64,000 bases of DNA, from the NCBI GenBank assembly GCA_050015075.1, contig JBEKCB010000003.1, forward strand, positions 128,001-192,000, read 5' to 3'. The notes beneath the pieces were generated by a model that saw only the letters and a program-made list of their open reading frames with translations, made no database searches and was not told the DNA's origin. This document shows, in pieces, positions 7,984-18,839 of the stretch. Numbering within the stretch: the first letter of the stretch is position 1; every line of letters starts with the position of its first letter. Source of the DNA: Candidatus Brocadiia bacterium. Its GTDB lineage: Bacteria; Planctomycetota; Brocadiia; CAIUPP01. Both the position numbers and the translations under genes were made by a program.

Positions 7984-9444
7984 TTATCCTTTAATCACGC
8001 CGAGCGGCCGCATGCGGCAGACTTTTTTAGCCAGGCCCGCGCCGTGGACGACGTCCACCACCACGGCCACATCTTTGTAAGCTGCCGGCTGCTCCTCGTC
8101 AAGCCCTCGGCGGTCGTGCGAGAGGGCGAAGATGCCCTTCTGTTCGAGTTCCTTGCGGATCGAGCGGCCCTGCGCGGAGCGGACGGCGGCGGTCCGCGAG
8201 AGCAGCCGGCCGGCGCCGTGGCAGGCCGAGCCGAAGGTCTCCTCCATCGCGCGCGGCTGCCCGACGAGCAGGAAGGAATACCTGCCCATGTCGCCGGGGA
8301 TGATGACCGGCTGGCCGATGGCGCGATAGACCTCCGGCACTTCCGGATGGCCCGGCGGAAACGCGCGGGTGGCGCCCTTGCGATGGACGCAGAGCGTACG
8401 CTCGGCGCCGCCGACTTTGTGGCGCTCCAGCTTGGCGATGTTGTGCGCGACGTCGTAGATGAGGTCCATGCCCAGGTCGCGCGGGCTCATCTTGAAGAAG
8501 TGCTCGAAGACCTGGCGCGTGAGGTGCATGAGCACCTGGCGGTTGGCCCAGGCGTAGTTGGCGGCGCAGCGCATGGCGCCGAGGTAGCGCCGGCCCTCGT
8601 TGGAGTTCACCGGCGCGCAGACGAGCTGCCGGTCCGGGAGTTCAATGCCGTATTTCCCCGGCGCGCCCTGGAGCGAGTGCACATAGTTATCGCAGATCTC
8701 GTACCCGAACCCGCGGCTGCCGGAATGGATCATGACGGTGACCCCGCCGGCGGCCAGGCCGAAGACGCTCGCGGCTTCGGCGTCATAGATCTCGTCCACC
8801 ACCTGCACTTCGATGAAGTGGTTTCCGGAGCCGAGCGTGCCGACTTGGCCGCGGCCGCGCTCGTACGCGCGCGGGCTGACGGCGTCCGGATCGGCGCCCT
8901 CGATGCAGCCGCCGCTCTCGGTGTGCTCCAGGTCCTCGGGCCGGCCGAGGCCTCTGCGCACGATCCAGGCGCAGCCCTCGGCGACGATGTGGCGCTCCTC
9001 GGCATCGGTGAACCGGATCGCGCCGGTGGCGCCGACGCCGGTGGGAATGTCGCGGAACATCGCGCCGACGAGCGCCTGCACGCGGCCGGCCACCGTCTTC
9101 TCGTCCAAGTTCGTCCGTAGCGCGCGCACGCCGCAGTTGATGTCATAGCCGACTCCGCCCGGCGAGATCACGCCGCCTTCGGCCGGGTCGGTCGCGGCGA
9201 CGCCGCCGATGGGAAAACCGTAGCCCCAGTGGATGTCCGGCATCGCCATCGAGGCCGCCTGGATCCCCGGCAGGAAGGCGACGTTCGCCACCTGCTCGGC
9301 GGCCTGGTCCTTGCGGATGGACTCGACGAGGCGCTCGTCGGCGAAGATGATGCCGTCGGTCCGCATGCCCGCCTTGTACTCGCGCGGGATGCGCACGCGC
9401 CACGGATCCATCCGCTCCAGCGGCCCGTTCCACTCGTTCGCCAT
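7984..9444 (-). CDS. rtcB: RNA ligase RtcB
   Basis: MPDIHWGYGFPIGG, GYDINCG, GTLGSGNHF, HSGSRG, HRKGAT, HGAGR, AYKD. Confidence 0.96.
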   Translation of the reverse strand: MANEWNGPLERMDPWRVRIPREYKAGMRTDGIIFADERLVESIRKDQAAEQVANVAFLPGIQAASMAMPDIHWGYGFPIGGVAATDPAEGGVISPGGVGYDINCGVRALRTNLDEKTVAGRVQALVGAMFRDIPTGVGATGAIRFTDAEERHIVAEGCAWIVRRGLGRPEDLEHTESGGCIEGADPDAVSPRAYERGRGQVGTLGSGNHFIEVQVVDEIYDAEAASVFGLAAGGVTVMIHSGSRGFGYEICDNYVHSLQGAPGKYGIELPDRQLVCAPVNSNEGRRYLGAMRCAANYAWANRQVLMHLTRQVFEHFFKMSPRDLGMDLIYDVAHNIAKLERHKVGGAERTLCVHRKGATRAFPPGHPEVPEVYRAIGQPVIIPGDMGRYSFLLVGQPRAMEETFGSACHGAGRLLSRTAAVRSAQGRSIRKELEQKGIFALSHDRRGLDEEQPAAYKDVAVVVDVVHGAGLAKKVCRMRPLGVIKG

Positions 9445-9455
9445 GGCGGCCTCCC

Positions 9456-9509
9456 CTGCTCGTAGTGTGCCCGTAAGGGCATACAAGTAGCGCCCGACGG
9501 CGCCACTAC
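9456..9509. repeat. REP-like GTAG palindromic repeat, copy 1
   Basis: ctgctcgtagtgtgcccgtaagggcatacaagtagcgcccgacggcgccactac; near-identical copy at 51243-51297. Confidence 0.85.
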
Positions 9510-9530
9510 GAACGCTCTTCGCGACAGAAG

Positions 9531-9950
9531 CTAAATATCGAAATAAACTTCAGCGACCCAGGCGGACGCGGTTCTGGCGACGCGCGCGCCATAGTACGGC
9601 ACGCCCTTGATCTCCGCGCGCAGCTCATGCCGCGAGCGGTCGAGCGCTTCGCCGCTGAGCGTGGCCACCAGGCGCCATTCGGCGACCTCACTCACGCGCA
9701 CCTGCGCGAAGGCCCGCTTCCGCGCGTCCGTGCGCAGAAGTATTTCGTGCAGCCACACGACCAGCAGGTCCACCGCATCCGTGCCGGTGACGACGACGGT
9801 CTCTTCCTCGACCGGCCGCACCGAAGCCGGATCGAGGAGCACCTCCAGCATCCCGCGCGCGGCGTTCTCGTACAGCTCCGGCAGCGTGCGCCCGAAGGCG
9901 CGGATGCCGACATCGGCGGTGTGCTCCAGGATCTCGAACGGTTTGTCCAT
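9531..9950 (-). CDS. Archease
   Basis: FEILEHTADVGIRAFG...EIKGVPY...FDI; directly upstream of rtcB. Confidence 0.92.
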   Translation of the reverse strand: MDKPFEILEHTADVGIRAFGRTLPELYENAARGMLEVLLDPASVRPVEEETVVVTGTDAVDLLVVWLHEILLRTDARKRAFAQVRVSEVAEWRLVATLSGEALDRSRHELRAEIKGVPYYGARVARTASAWVAEVYFDI

Positions 9951-10110
9951 GGTTCCCATGCAGTGTAACGCGCGCACCGCCCGCGACGCAAGAAGGCGCC
10001 GGTTCCATTCGGGCACGCGGCGTTCGCGCGCGCGGGGCTTGATTTCCTGAGCGCGGGGCGGATAGACTGGCGAGGTCAGGCCCATTTTCCACTCAAAGGA
10101 GGCGCATCCC

Positions 10111-11169
10111 ATGGAACGCTCTGCGCTGGACTTTCTGAAGAAGCTGGTCGAGACGCCCAGCCCGTCCGGATTCGAGCAGCCCGCCCAGAAACTGGTCCGC
10201 GACCGCCTCAAAGAAGTGGCGGACGAGGTGCGCACCGACGTGCACGGCAACGTGATCGCCGTCAAGAACCCGGACGCGCCGCTGCGCGTGATGCTGTCCG
10301 GCCATTGCGACGAGATCGGGCTGATGATCACGCACATTGACGACAAGGGCTACCTCTTCTTTGCGTCTATCGGCGGCATTGACCCGTCCATCCTGGCCGG
10401 GCAGCGCGTCGAGATCCATGACCCCCGCGGCCGCGTGGACGGCGTCATCGGCAAGAAAGCCGTGCACCTGATGGAGGCGGACGAGCGCGGCAAGCCGATG
10501 AAGATCAAGGAATACTGGATTGACATCGGCGCGAAAGACCGGAAGGACGCGCTGTCGGCGGTAGCCATCGCCGATCCGATCACGCTCGCGCGGCGGTTCT
10601 TCGAGCTGCGCAACCAGTTGATCAGCGGGCGAGGGTTCGACGACCGCGTCGGGGCGTGGACGGTGGTCGAGACCATGCGCCGAATCCGGAACCTGAAGCT
10701 CGGTTGCGGCGTCTACGGCGTGAGTTCGGTGCAGGAGGAAATCGGCCTGCGCGGCGCGCGCACGGCGGCGTTCGGCATTGACCCGCACGCGGGCATCGCG
10801 GTGGACGTCGGATTCGCCAGCGACCATCCCGAGGTGGACAAGAAAGTCGTCGGCGAGGTGTCGCTGGGCAAGGGGCCGATCCTCCATCGCGGGGCGAACA
10901 TCAACCCGGTGCTCGGCGCGCTCATGGAGAAGGCCGCCAAAGCCGAGCGCATCCCGTTCCAGATGCAGGCCGAGCCGGGCTCCACCGGGACCGACGCCAA
11001 CGCCATCCAGATCAACCGCGCCGGCGTCGCCGCCGCGCTGATGAGCATCCCGAACCGCTACATGCACACGCCCGTCGAGGTCTGCTCGCTCAAGGACCTG
11101 GACAACGGCGTCAACCTGCTCGTGGCGACGCTGCGGGCGATCAAGCCGTCGCAAAAGTTCATTCCGTGA
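10111..11169 (+). CDS. M42 family metallopeptidase
   Basis: PSPSGFE, GHCDEIG, FDDR, QEEIG, GTDA, RYMHTPVE. Confidence 0.93.
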   Translation: MERSALDFLKKLVETPSPSGFEQPAQKLVRDRLKEVADEVRTDVHGNVIAVKNPDAPLRVMLSGHCDEIGLMITHIDDKGYLFFASIGGIDPSILAGQRVEIHDPRGRVDGVIGKKAVHLMEADERGKPMKIKEYWIDIGAKDRKDALSAVAIADPITLARRFFELRNQLISGRGFDDRVGAWTVVETMRRIRNLKLGCGVYGVSSVQEEIGLRGARTAAFGIDPHAGIAVDVGFASDHPEVDKKVVGEVSLGKGPILHRGANINPVLGALMEKAAKAERIPFQMQAEPGSTGTDANAIQINRAGVAAALMSIPNRYMHTPVEVCSLKDLDNGVNLLVATLRAIKPSQKFIP

Positions 11170-11208
11170 ACGGTTTCAAGCGCGCTCCGGCGCGCCGGCG
11201 GCGGCGAT

Positions 11209-11780
11209 TCAGACCGCTTCGTAGAGCGTGAAGACGTTCCTGCCGTAAGAACGCCGGCCGGCGGCGCGCAGGTGAGAGGTGGATTCGGGGATCGGGTCGC
11301 GCAGGTCGTGCTGGAGGATGACGACGCAGCCGGGCTTGAGCAGCCGCCGCTCCGCGAATTCGTCGAGGAGCGCCATGAGCGCGGCCCGGCCGGATGGGTC
11401 CTGCAGCAGCGGAAACGGCGGACCCACGAAGGCGATGTCGGCCGGGCGGCCGAGCTTGGCCAGGACGTCCGCGCACCGGAAAACATCCCGCACCAGCACG
11501 TCGGCGCGGTCGGCCACGCGGCAATGCTCCAGGTTGCGCTCCAGGTACAGCTTGTGCGCGTTGGAGCGCTCGACGAAGACGCACCACGCCGCGCCGCGGC
11601 TCAGCGCCTCGATCCCGACGGTGCCGACTCCGGCGAAGAGATCGAGCACCGTGGCCCCCAGCACGTCGTCGCGGAGGATGTTGAAAATCGCCTGGCGCGC
11701 CATCTCGGGCGTGGGGCGGACTTTTTCGCCGCGCGGGCAGTCGAGCCGCGTGCCGCGCGCCGTGCCTGCGACGATGCGCA

Positions 11781-11781
<1 letters not shown>
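11209..11781 (-). CDS. rsmD: 16S rRNA m2G966 methyltransferase RsmD
   Basis: MRIVAG..G..RPT, LDLFAGVG..GIEALSRGA; DPPY is replaced by GPPF. Confidence 0.85.
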
Positions 11782-12725
<944 letters not shown>

Positions 12726-12774
12726 GGCGCCTCCTCTCGTGTTCAGCTTCGATGAAAGCCGCCGACAGGAACGG

Positions 12775-12860
12775 ATTCTAGGGGCATCGCGAGCGCCTGT
12801 CAAGAACGCGCGTATTAGGGCTGCGTTAGATTGACATTACGGTTGAGCGACGGTTAGACT
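12775..12860. promoter_or_regulatory. Divergent sigma70 promoters
   Basis: Minus: TTGACA(12803-12798)-17-TAGAAT; plus: TTGACA(12831)-18-TAGACT. Confidence 0.55.
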
Positions 12861-12948
12861 TATGGCCGCCGGTGGACCCCCGCGGCGGCGGCCGCCGGAG
12901 ATGCGCGTTCCCGCTCGGGCGAATCCTGAAGAACGTAAGGAGAGCCGG

Positions 12949-13575
12949 ATGCTTTTCAGATTTTTCCCCCAGGAATTCAAGTTCTTCGACCTGCTGGAGG
13001 AGCAAGCGGACTACGCCGTTGCGGCGGCGATCTTCTTCAAGGAAGTGGTCGCGAAAGGCGAACTGACCGTGGACGACTTGTCGAAGATGCGGGATATCGA
13101 GCATCGGGGCGACGAGGCCGCGCACGCGATCATAGACCGGCTGAACCGGACCTTCGTCACGCCGTTCGACCGCGAGGATATCTACGCCTTGACGAAGGAA
13201 CTGGATGACATCACCGACATGCTGTACACGATTGTCCGGCGGCTGTCCGTCTACAAGCTGACCGGCGTGGACAAGAGCCTGGTGGAGTTCGCCTCGGTGA
13301 TCGAGGATTCCGTCCGCGCCGTGTCGCTTACGGTCAAGGGGCTGCGCAACATGAAGAACGCCAAGGCGATCCTGCCGTCGTACGTGGAGATCCACCGCCT
13401 CGAGAATGTCGGCGATACGATGAGAGATATCGTGCTCGCGCAACTCTTTGAAACCGAGAAGGACCCCATCATGGTGATCAAACGGAAAGAGATCTACGAG
13501 GACGCGGAAACGGTCCTCGATATTTGCGAAGACGTCGCCCACGTGGTCGAGTCCATCTTTGTCAAACATGCCTGA
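12949..13575 (+). CDS. DUF47 phosphate transport regulator
   Basis: EHRGD..LNRTFVTPFDREDIY.L...LDD, ENVGD; upstream of Pit. Confidence 0.92.
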   Translation: MLFRFFPQEFKFFDLLEEQADYAVAAAIFFKEVVAKGELTVDDLSKMRDIEHRGDEAAHAIIDRLNRTFVTPFDREDIYALTKELDDITDMLYTIVRRLSVYKLTGVDKSLVEFASVIEDSVRAVSLTVKGLRNMKNAKAILPSYVEIHRLENVGDTMRDIVLAQLFETEKDPIMVIKRKEIYEDAETVLDICEDVAHVVESIFVKHA

Positions 13576-13578
13576 GTC

Positions 13579-14571
13579 ATGACAGTCACCATTGTTCTGC
13601 TCGTCGCGCTGGCTCTGGTTTTCGATTTTCTGAACGGATTTCACGACTCCGCGAACTCCGTCGCCACGGTCGTTTCCACGCGGGTGCTCTCGCCCCGCTA
13701 CGCCGTCCTCTGGGCGGCTTTCTTCAACTTCGTCGCCTTCCTTTTCTTCGGGCTTCATGTGGCGAACACCATCGGCAAGGGGATCATTGACATCACGATC
13801 GTGGACAACGGCGTCATCTTCGGGACGCTGGTGGGCGCCTGCACCTGGGATGTCTTCACCTGGTATTTCGGCCTGCCGACCAGCTCTTCTCACGCGCTGA
13901 TGGGCGGAATGATCGGCGCCGCGCTTGTGAAGGCGGGGACCGGCTCGCTGCTGTGGGGCGGCATCCTCAAGACGGTCGTCTTCATCTTCGTCTCGCCGGT
14001 CATCGGCCTCGTGCTCGGGTTCCTGATGGGCGTCATCGTTTATCGTCTGGCCGCCCGGAGCGCTCCGGCGAAAGTGGACTATGTCTTTCGAAAAGGGCAA
14101 TTGGTGTCCGCCGCGCTGTACAGCCTGGGCCACGGCGGAAACGACGCGCAGAAGACCATGGGCATCATCGCCAGCCTTCTCTTCAGCGCGGGGCTGCTGG
14201 GCGCCACGTTTCACATTCCGCTGTGGATCGTGCTATCCTGCCACGCGGCCATCGCCCTGGGAACGATGCTGGGCGGCTGGCGCGTGGTGAAGACGATGGG
14301 CCAGCGGGTGACCAAGCTCAAGCCGGTGGACGGGTTCTGCGCCGAGACCGCCGCGGCGGCCACGCTGTTCACCGCCTCGGCCTTCGGCATCCCGGTGAGC
14401 ACCACTCATACGATCACCGGCGGGATCATGGGCATCGGCTCGCTCAAGCGGTTGAGCGCAGTGCGCTGGGGCGTCGCCGGGCGCATCGTCTGGGCGTGGG
14501 TCCTGACCGTTCCCTGCGCGGCGGGAGTCTCCGCGCTGGCCTATTACCTGGTTCGACTGGCGCAGGGCTGA
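13579..14571 (+). CDS. Inorganic phosphate transporter (Pit family)
   Basis: NGFHDSAN, GLPTSSSH, HGGNDAQK, PVSTTH. Confidence 0.94.
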   Translation: MTVTIVLLVALALVFDFLNGFHDSANSVATVVSTRVLSPRYAVLWAAFFNFVAFLFFGLHVANTIGKGIIDITIVDNGVIFGTLVGACTWDVFTWYFGLPTSSSHALMGGMIGAALVKAGTGSLLWGGILKTVVFIFVSPVIGLVLGFLMGVIVYRLAARSAPAKVDYVFRKGQLVSAALYSLGHGGNDAQKTMGIIASLLFSAGLLGATFHIPLWIVLSCHAAIALGTMLGGWRVVKTMGQRVTKLKPVDGFCAETAAAATLFTASAFGIPVSTTHTITGGIMGIGSLKRLSAVRWGVAGRIVWAWVLTVPCAAGVSALAYYLVRLAQG

Positions 14572-14597
14572 GGCCCGGTGCGCCGAGGAGCTATCCG

Positions 14598-15638
14598 ATG
14601 CCTATCGTGGACATGCCGCTCGAAAAGCTGAAGACGTACCGCGGAATCAATCCGCGCCCGAAGGATTTCGACCGGTTCTGGGAGGACGCGCTGGCCGAGA
14701 TGCGCGCGGTGGACCCGAAAGTCACCCTGACGCCGGCGGAGTTCCAGGCGCCGTTCGCCGAGTGCTTCGACCTGACCTTCACCGGCGTCCGCGGCGCGCG
14801 CATCTATGCCAAGTACCTGCGTCCGCGCCGGGCGCCCGCGCCGCATCCGGCGGTGCTGCTGTTCCACGGCTACTCCGGCCACAGCGAGGACTGGACGCAG
14901 AAGCTGGGCTATGTGGCGGCGGGCTTTTCCGTGGCGGCGCTCGACTGCCGCGGCCAGGGCGGACGCTCGGAAGACCACGGCATGGTCAAAGGGACGACGC
15001 TGCGCGGGCACATCATTCGCGGGCTGGACGACTCGCCGGAGAACCTGCTGTTCCGGAGCATTTTCCTCGACACGGCCGAGCTGGCGCGAATCGTCATGGA
15101 CATGCCGGAGGTGGACCCGGCGCGCGTCGGCGCGACCGGCGGCTCGCAGGGCGGCGGGCTGACGCTGGCCTGCGCGGCGCTGGAGCCGCGGATCAACCGC
15201 GCGGCGCCGGCCTATCCGTTCCTGTGCGACTATCGCCGCGTCTGGGAGATGGACCTGGCGCTCAACGCATACGAGGAACTGCGGTGGTTCTTCCGCTCCT
15301 TCGATCCGCGCCATGAGAGCGAGGACGAGATCTTCACGCGCCTGGGCTACATTGACCTGCAGAACCTGGCCAAGCGCATCCGCGGCAAGGTGCTGATGGC
15401 GGTCGGCCTCATGGACACGATCTGCCCGCCCTCGACGCAGTTCGCGGCGTTCAACAAGATCGTCGCGCCGAAGGAACTGGCGATTTACCCCGACCACGCG
15501 CACGAAGGCCTGCCGGGCTGGTCCGACCACGTGTTCCAGTTCATGCTCGAGATGAACACGCAGGCCGCCGGAGCAAAGAAAAACCTTGCGAAGGCCGGCC
15601 CGCCGAAGCGGGCCCGCAAAAACCCTCGCAAGGCTTAA
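14598..15638 (+). CDS. Acetylxylan esterase / cephalosporin-C deacetylase (CE7)
   Basis: FHGY, RGQ, GGSQGG, D.ICPPSTQFA, HE. Confidence 0.92.
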   Translation: MPIVDMPLEKLKTYRGINPRPKDFDRFWEDALAEMRAVDPKVTLTPAEFQAPFAECFDLTFTGVRGARIYAKYLRPRRAPAPHPAVLLFHGYSGHSEDWTQKLGYVAAGFSVAALDCRGQGGRSEDHGMVKGTTLRGHIIRGLDDSPENLLFRSIFLDTAELARIVMDMPEVDPARVGATGGSQGGGLTLACAALEPRINRAAPAYPFLCDYRRVWEMDLALNAYEELRWFFRSFDPRHESEDEIFTRLGYIDLQNLAKRIRGKVLMAVGLMDTICPPSTQFAAFNKIVAPKELAIYPDHAHEGLPGWSDHVFQFMLEMNTQAAGAKKNLAKAGPPKRARKNPRKA

Positions 15639-15662
15639 TGACATTCACTCAAGGAAAGAAAT

Positions 15663-15742
15663 TCTCTCGCCAAGACGCGAAGAACGCAAAGAACGGAGAA
15701 TAATTATGCTGTTCTTGGCGCTTTTTGCGTCCTGGCGAGAGA
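15663..15742. repeat. Long imperfect palindrome with 9-mer periodicity between convergent genes (possible bidirectional terminator)
   Basis: tctctcgccaagacgcgaagaacgcaaagaac ... gttcttggcgctttttgcgtcctggcgagaga. Confidence 0.75.
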
Positions 15743-15766
15743 CCTTTTCTTAATCGCCGCCCGGCC

Positions 15767-16258
15767 CTATTCGCCGCGCTTGCCGAGTTCGCGGTCGAGC
15801 ATGAACATCGCGTCCTTCGAGTCGCCGATCAGCCGGAGTTGCTGCACGATGGTCAGCGCGTTGGACTCTTCCTCGACCTGCTCGTTCACGAACCATTGCA
15901 GAAAATTGGCCGTCGCGTGGTCGTTCTGGGCGTGGGCCACGTCCACCAGGCCGTTGATCAGGCCGGTGACTTTCTGCTCGTGCGCGTAGGCCGCCTCGAA
16001 TGCCGCCAGCAGCGTGGGCCACTGCGTCTGCGGCTTCGCGATCGGTTCCAGCACGATCCTGCTGTTGCACTCGAGGACGAAGTCGTAGATCTTCATCGCG
16101 TGCTTGACCTCTTCCGCGGTCTGGACCCGCATCCATTTCGCGGCGCCGATCCAGTTCTGCGCGGTGAAGTTCGCGACCATCGAGAGATAAAGGTAGGCGG
16201 AGTACAGTTCGGCGTTGACCTGCCCGTTGAGCGCCTTCTCCATCTTCTCGCCCAGCAT
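15767..16258 (-). CDS. ftnA: Non-heme ferritin
   Basis: ELYSAYLYLSM, EEVKHA, HEQKVT, FLQWFVNEQVEEE. Confidence 0.94.
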   Translation of the reverse strand: MLGEKMEKALNGQVNAELYSAYLYLSMVANFTAQNWIGAAKWMRVQTAEEVKHAMKIYDFVLECNSRIVLEPIAKPQTQWPTLLAAFEAAYAHEQKVTGLINGLVDVAHAQNDHATANFLQWFVNEQVEEESNALTIVQQLRLIGDSKDAMFMLDRELGKRGE

Positions 16259-16303
16259 CGTATTCCCCCACTTTCGGAAGAAATGGAACGCCGCTAGTTC
16301 AGG

Positions 16304-16594
16304 TCATCCGCGCTTGCTGGAACGCCGGAGGCGCGGCGCGGGGTTGTCAATCTCGCGGACGATCCCGACGCGTTCCAGATCGCCGAGAGTCCGCCGGACA
16401 GTTTTACGGGAGAGCGCGGGCAATCGCGCCTGGAGCCCGCAGTCTATTTTGTCCACCGTCGCCCCATCGCCGGAATGAGCGAGTTCGCGGAGCACCTCCA
16501 CCCGCTGGCGGGTCAGTTTGAGGCCCGCCTGCCGGCAGATGTCGCTCAGCAGTTGCATCACGTCGCCGGATGCAGCGTCTCTGGAATTGCACAT
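16304..16594 (-). pseudogene. Fur/PerR-like regulator, N-terminal winged helix only (truncated or divergent)
   Basis: GLKLTRQRVEVL..LPALSRKTVRRTL..LERVGIV; no C-terminal His/Cys metal-binding domain. Confidence 0.6.
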
Positions 16595-16801
16595 GCCCGA
16601 AAAGCCTTTCTCAAGCCCGCATATCGAGGAGACAAGGCTCTTTCGACCCCACGGCTGCGCAGAAAACGACGGCCTTGCCGACTCTTCTCGACTTGCGACC
16701 TGCGTCCTTCACTTACCGCACGTTTACTGTCGAGAGGAGCCAGCAAGGCCTACTGCAACGCCTTCTTTTCCGGCCCGCTTGCTTCCTTCACTTCCACAAG
16801 A

Positions 16802-16830
16802 AGGATATCTCACGGCCGCGGGCTTGTCAA
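16802..16830 (-). promoter_or_regulatory. Sigma70 promoter for the Fur-like/ferritin unit
   Basis: TTGACA-17 bp-TATCCT. Confidence 0.6.
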
Positions 16831-16869
16831 CTTTTTTTCTGTTATCCCTTTTCGCTCGGCCGCGCGGGG

Positions 16870-18462
16870 CTATTCTTCCTCTTCCTCTTTGGGCAGATCG
16901 CTGATGATCGCGTCGGTCGAGAGCAGAAGCGTGGCGATGCTGGCCGCGTTCTGGAGGGCGCTGCGGACCACTTTCGCCGGGTCAATGATGCCGGCCTTCA
17001 TCATGTCCACGTATTCGCCCTTCTCCGCGTCGAAGCCGAAATCGTGTTCCGATTCGATGACCTTCTGCAGCACGACCGCGCCGTCGTAGCCGGCGTTCTC
17101 GGCGATCTGGCGCAGCGGAGCGCTCAATGCGCGGCGGACGATGTCCACGCCGGTCCGCTCGTCGCCGGAGGCCTTCACCTTGTCGAGCGCCTTGAGGGTG
17201 CGGACGAGCGCCACGCCGCCGCCGGGCACCAGGCCCTCTTCAACCGCCGCGCGCGTGGCATGCAGGGCGTCCTCGATGCGCGACTTCTTCGCCTTCATCG
17301 CGATTTCGGTCGCCTCGCCGACGCGGATTTCGGCCACGCCGCCGGCGAGCTTGGCCAGCCGCTCGTCCAGTTTCTCGCGGTCGTAATCGCTGGTGGTCGT
17401 CTCGATCTCGCGCCGGAGCTGCTCGATGCGGCTGCGGATATCCTTCTGCGAGCCGGCGCCCTCGATGATCGTGGTCTTCTCCTTCTCCACGCGCACCTTC
17501 TTGGCGCTGCCGAGGTCCTTGAGCTGGAGGTTCTCGAGCTTGATGCCCAGGTCCTCGAACACGGCCTGGCCGCCGGTGAGCGTGGCGATATCCTCGAGCA
17601 TGGCCTTGCGCCGGTCGCCGAAGGCGGGCGCCTTGACGGCGCAGACGGAGAGGATGCCGCGGAGCTTGTTCACGACCAGCGTCGCGAGCGCTTCGCCATC
17701 CACTTCCTCGGAAATGATCAGCAGCGGTTTGCCGGCGCGCGCGACGGTCTCCAGGACCGGCACGATGTCCTGCACGGAGGAGATTTTCTTCTCGTGGATC
17801 AGGATGTACGGCTCTTCGAGGACGCACTCCATCCTCGCCGGGTCGGTGACGAAGTAGGGCGAGCTGTATCCCTTGTCGAACTGCATCCCCTCGACGACCG
17901 TGACCTCGGTCTTCAGCGACTTGCCCTCTTCGATGGTGATGACGCCGTCCTTGCCGACCTTGTCCATCGCCTCGGCGATCATCTGGCCGACCTCCGGATC
18001 GTTGTTGGCGGCGATGCGGCCGACGTGGGCGATCTCTTCGCCCGAACTGACCTTGACGGCCATGCGCCGGATTTCGGCGACCACGGCTTCTACGCCGCGG
18101 TCAATCCCGCGCTTGAGGTGCATCGGGTTGGCGCCGGCGGCGACGTTCTTGAGCCCTTCGTCGAAGATCGCCTCGGCCAGCACCGTGGCCGTCGTCGTCC
18201 CGTCGCCGGCGGTGTCGCTCGTCTTCGAGGCCACCTCGCGCGCCATCCGCGCGCCCATGTTCTCGTATCGGTCCTTCAGCTCCACTTCCTTGGCCACGGT
18301 CACGCCGTCCTTGGTGACGTCCGGCGCGCCGTAACTCTTCTCCAGTATCACGTTATGACCGGCAGGGCCGAGCGTGGACTTGACGGTCCGGGCGAGCTGC
18401 TTCACCCCGCGGCGCAGCGCGTTGCGCGCCTCTTCGTTCAGTGCAATCTGCTTGGCTGACAT
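16870..18462 (-). CDS. groEL: Chaperonin GroEL
   Basis: [45 protein letters not shown]. Confidence 0.97.
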   Translation of the reverse strand: MSAKQIALNEEARNALRRGVKQLARTVKSTLGPAGHNVILEKSYGAPDVTKDGVTVAKEVELKDRYENMGARMAREVASKTSDTAGDGTTTATVLAEAIFDEGLKNVAAGANPMHLKRGIDRGVEAVVAEIRRMAVKVSSGEEIAHVGRIAANNDPEVGQMIAEAMDKVGKDGVITIEEGKSLKTEVTVVEGMQFDKGYSSPYFVTDPARMECVLEEPYILIHEKKISSVQDIVPVLETVARAGKPLLIISEEVDGEALATLVVNKLRGILSVCAVKAPAFGDRRKAMLEDIATLTGGQAVFEDLGIKLENLQLKDLGSAKKVRVEKEKTTIIEGAGSQKDIRSRIEQLRREIETTTSDYDREKLDERLAKLAGGVAEIRVGEATEIAMKAKKSRIEDALHATRAAVEEGLVPGGGVALVRTLKALDKVKASGDERTGVDIVRRALSAPLRQIAENAGYDGAVVLQKVIESEHDFGFDAEKGEYVDMMKAGIIDPAKVVRSALQNAASIATLLLSTDAIISDLPKEEEEE

Positions 18463-18472
18463 CAGTTTCTCC

Positions 18473-18766
18473 CTACTCGATGACCGCGAGGACGTCGTCC
18501 TCAGACATGAGCATGTATTCCTCTCCGTCCACCGTGACCTCCGTGCCCGCATACGAGCTGAAGAGGATCCGGTCGTTCTTCTTGACGGTAAAGGCGCCGA
18601 GCTTGCCGTCCTTCAGCAGCCGGCCGGAACCGACCGCGATGACCTTGCCCTGCTTGGGCTTTTCCTTGGCGCTGTCGGGGATCAAGATCCCGCCTCGCGT
18701 CTTCGTCTCCGCCTCGAGCCGCTTCACCAGCACCTTGTCGCCGATCGGCGTCAGTTTGGTCGCCAT
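18473..18766 (-). CDS. groES: Co-chaperonin GroES
   Basis: [37 protein letters not shown]. Confidence 0.96.
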   Translation of the reverse strand: MATKLTPIGDKVLVKRLEAETKTRGGILIPDSAKEKPKQGKVIAVGSGRLLKDGKLGAFTVKKNDRILFSSYAGTEVTVDGEEYMLMSEDDVLAVIE

Positions 18767-18839
18767 CCTTCTTGCTCCTTTCAAAAAGAAAAGATTTTCC
18801 GGCCGCGAAAACGCCAAAGAAGGCGCTCTCGCGTTCCGA

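Noticed and set aside
16600-16797. Assignment as SRP RNA, 6S RNA or c-di-GMP riboswitch
   Set aside because: Diagnostic motifs are not convincingly present; kept only as an unassigned structured RNA candidate.
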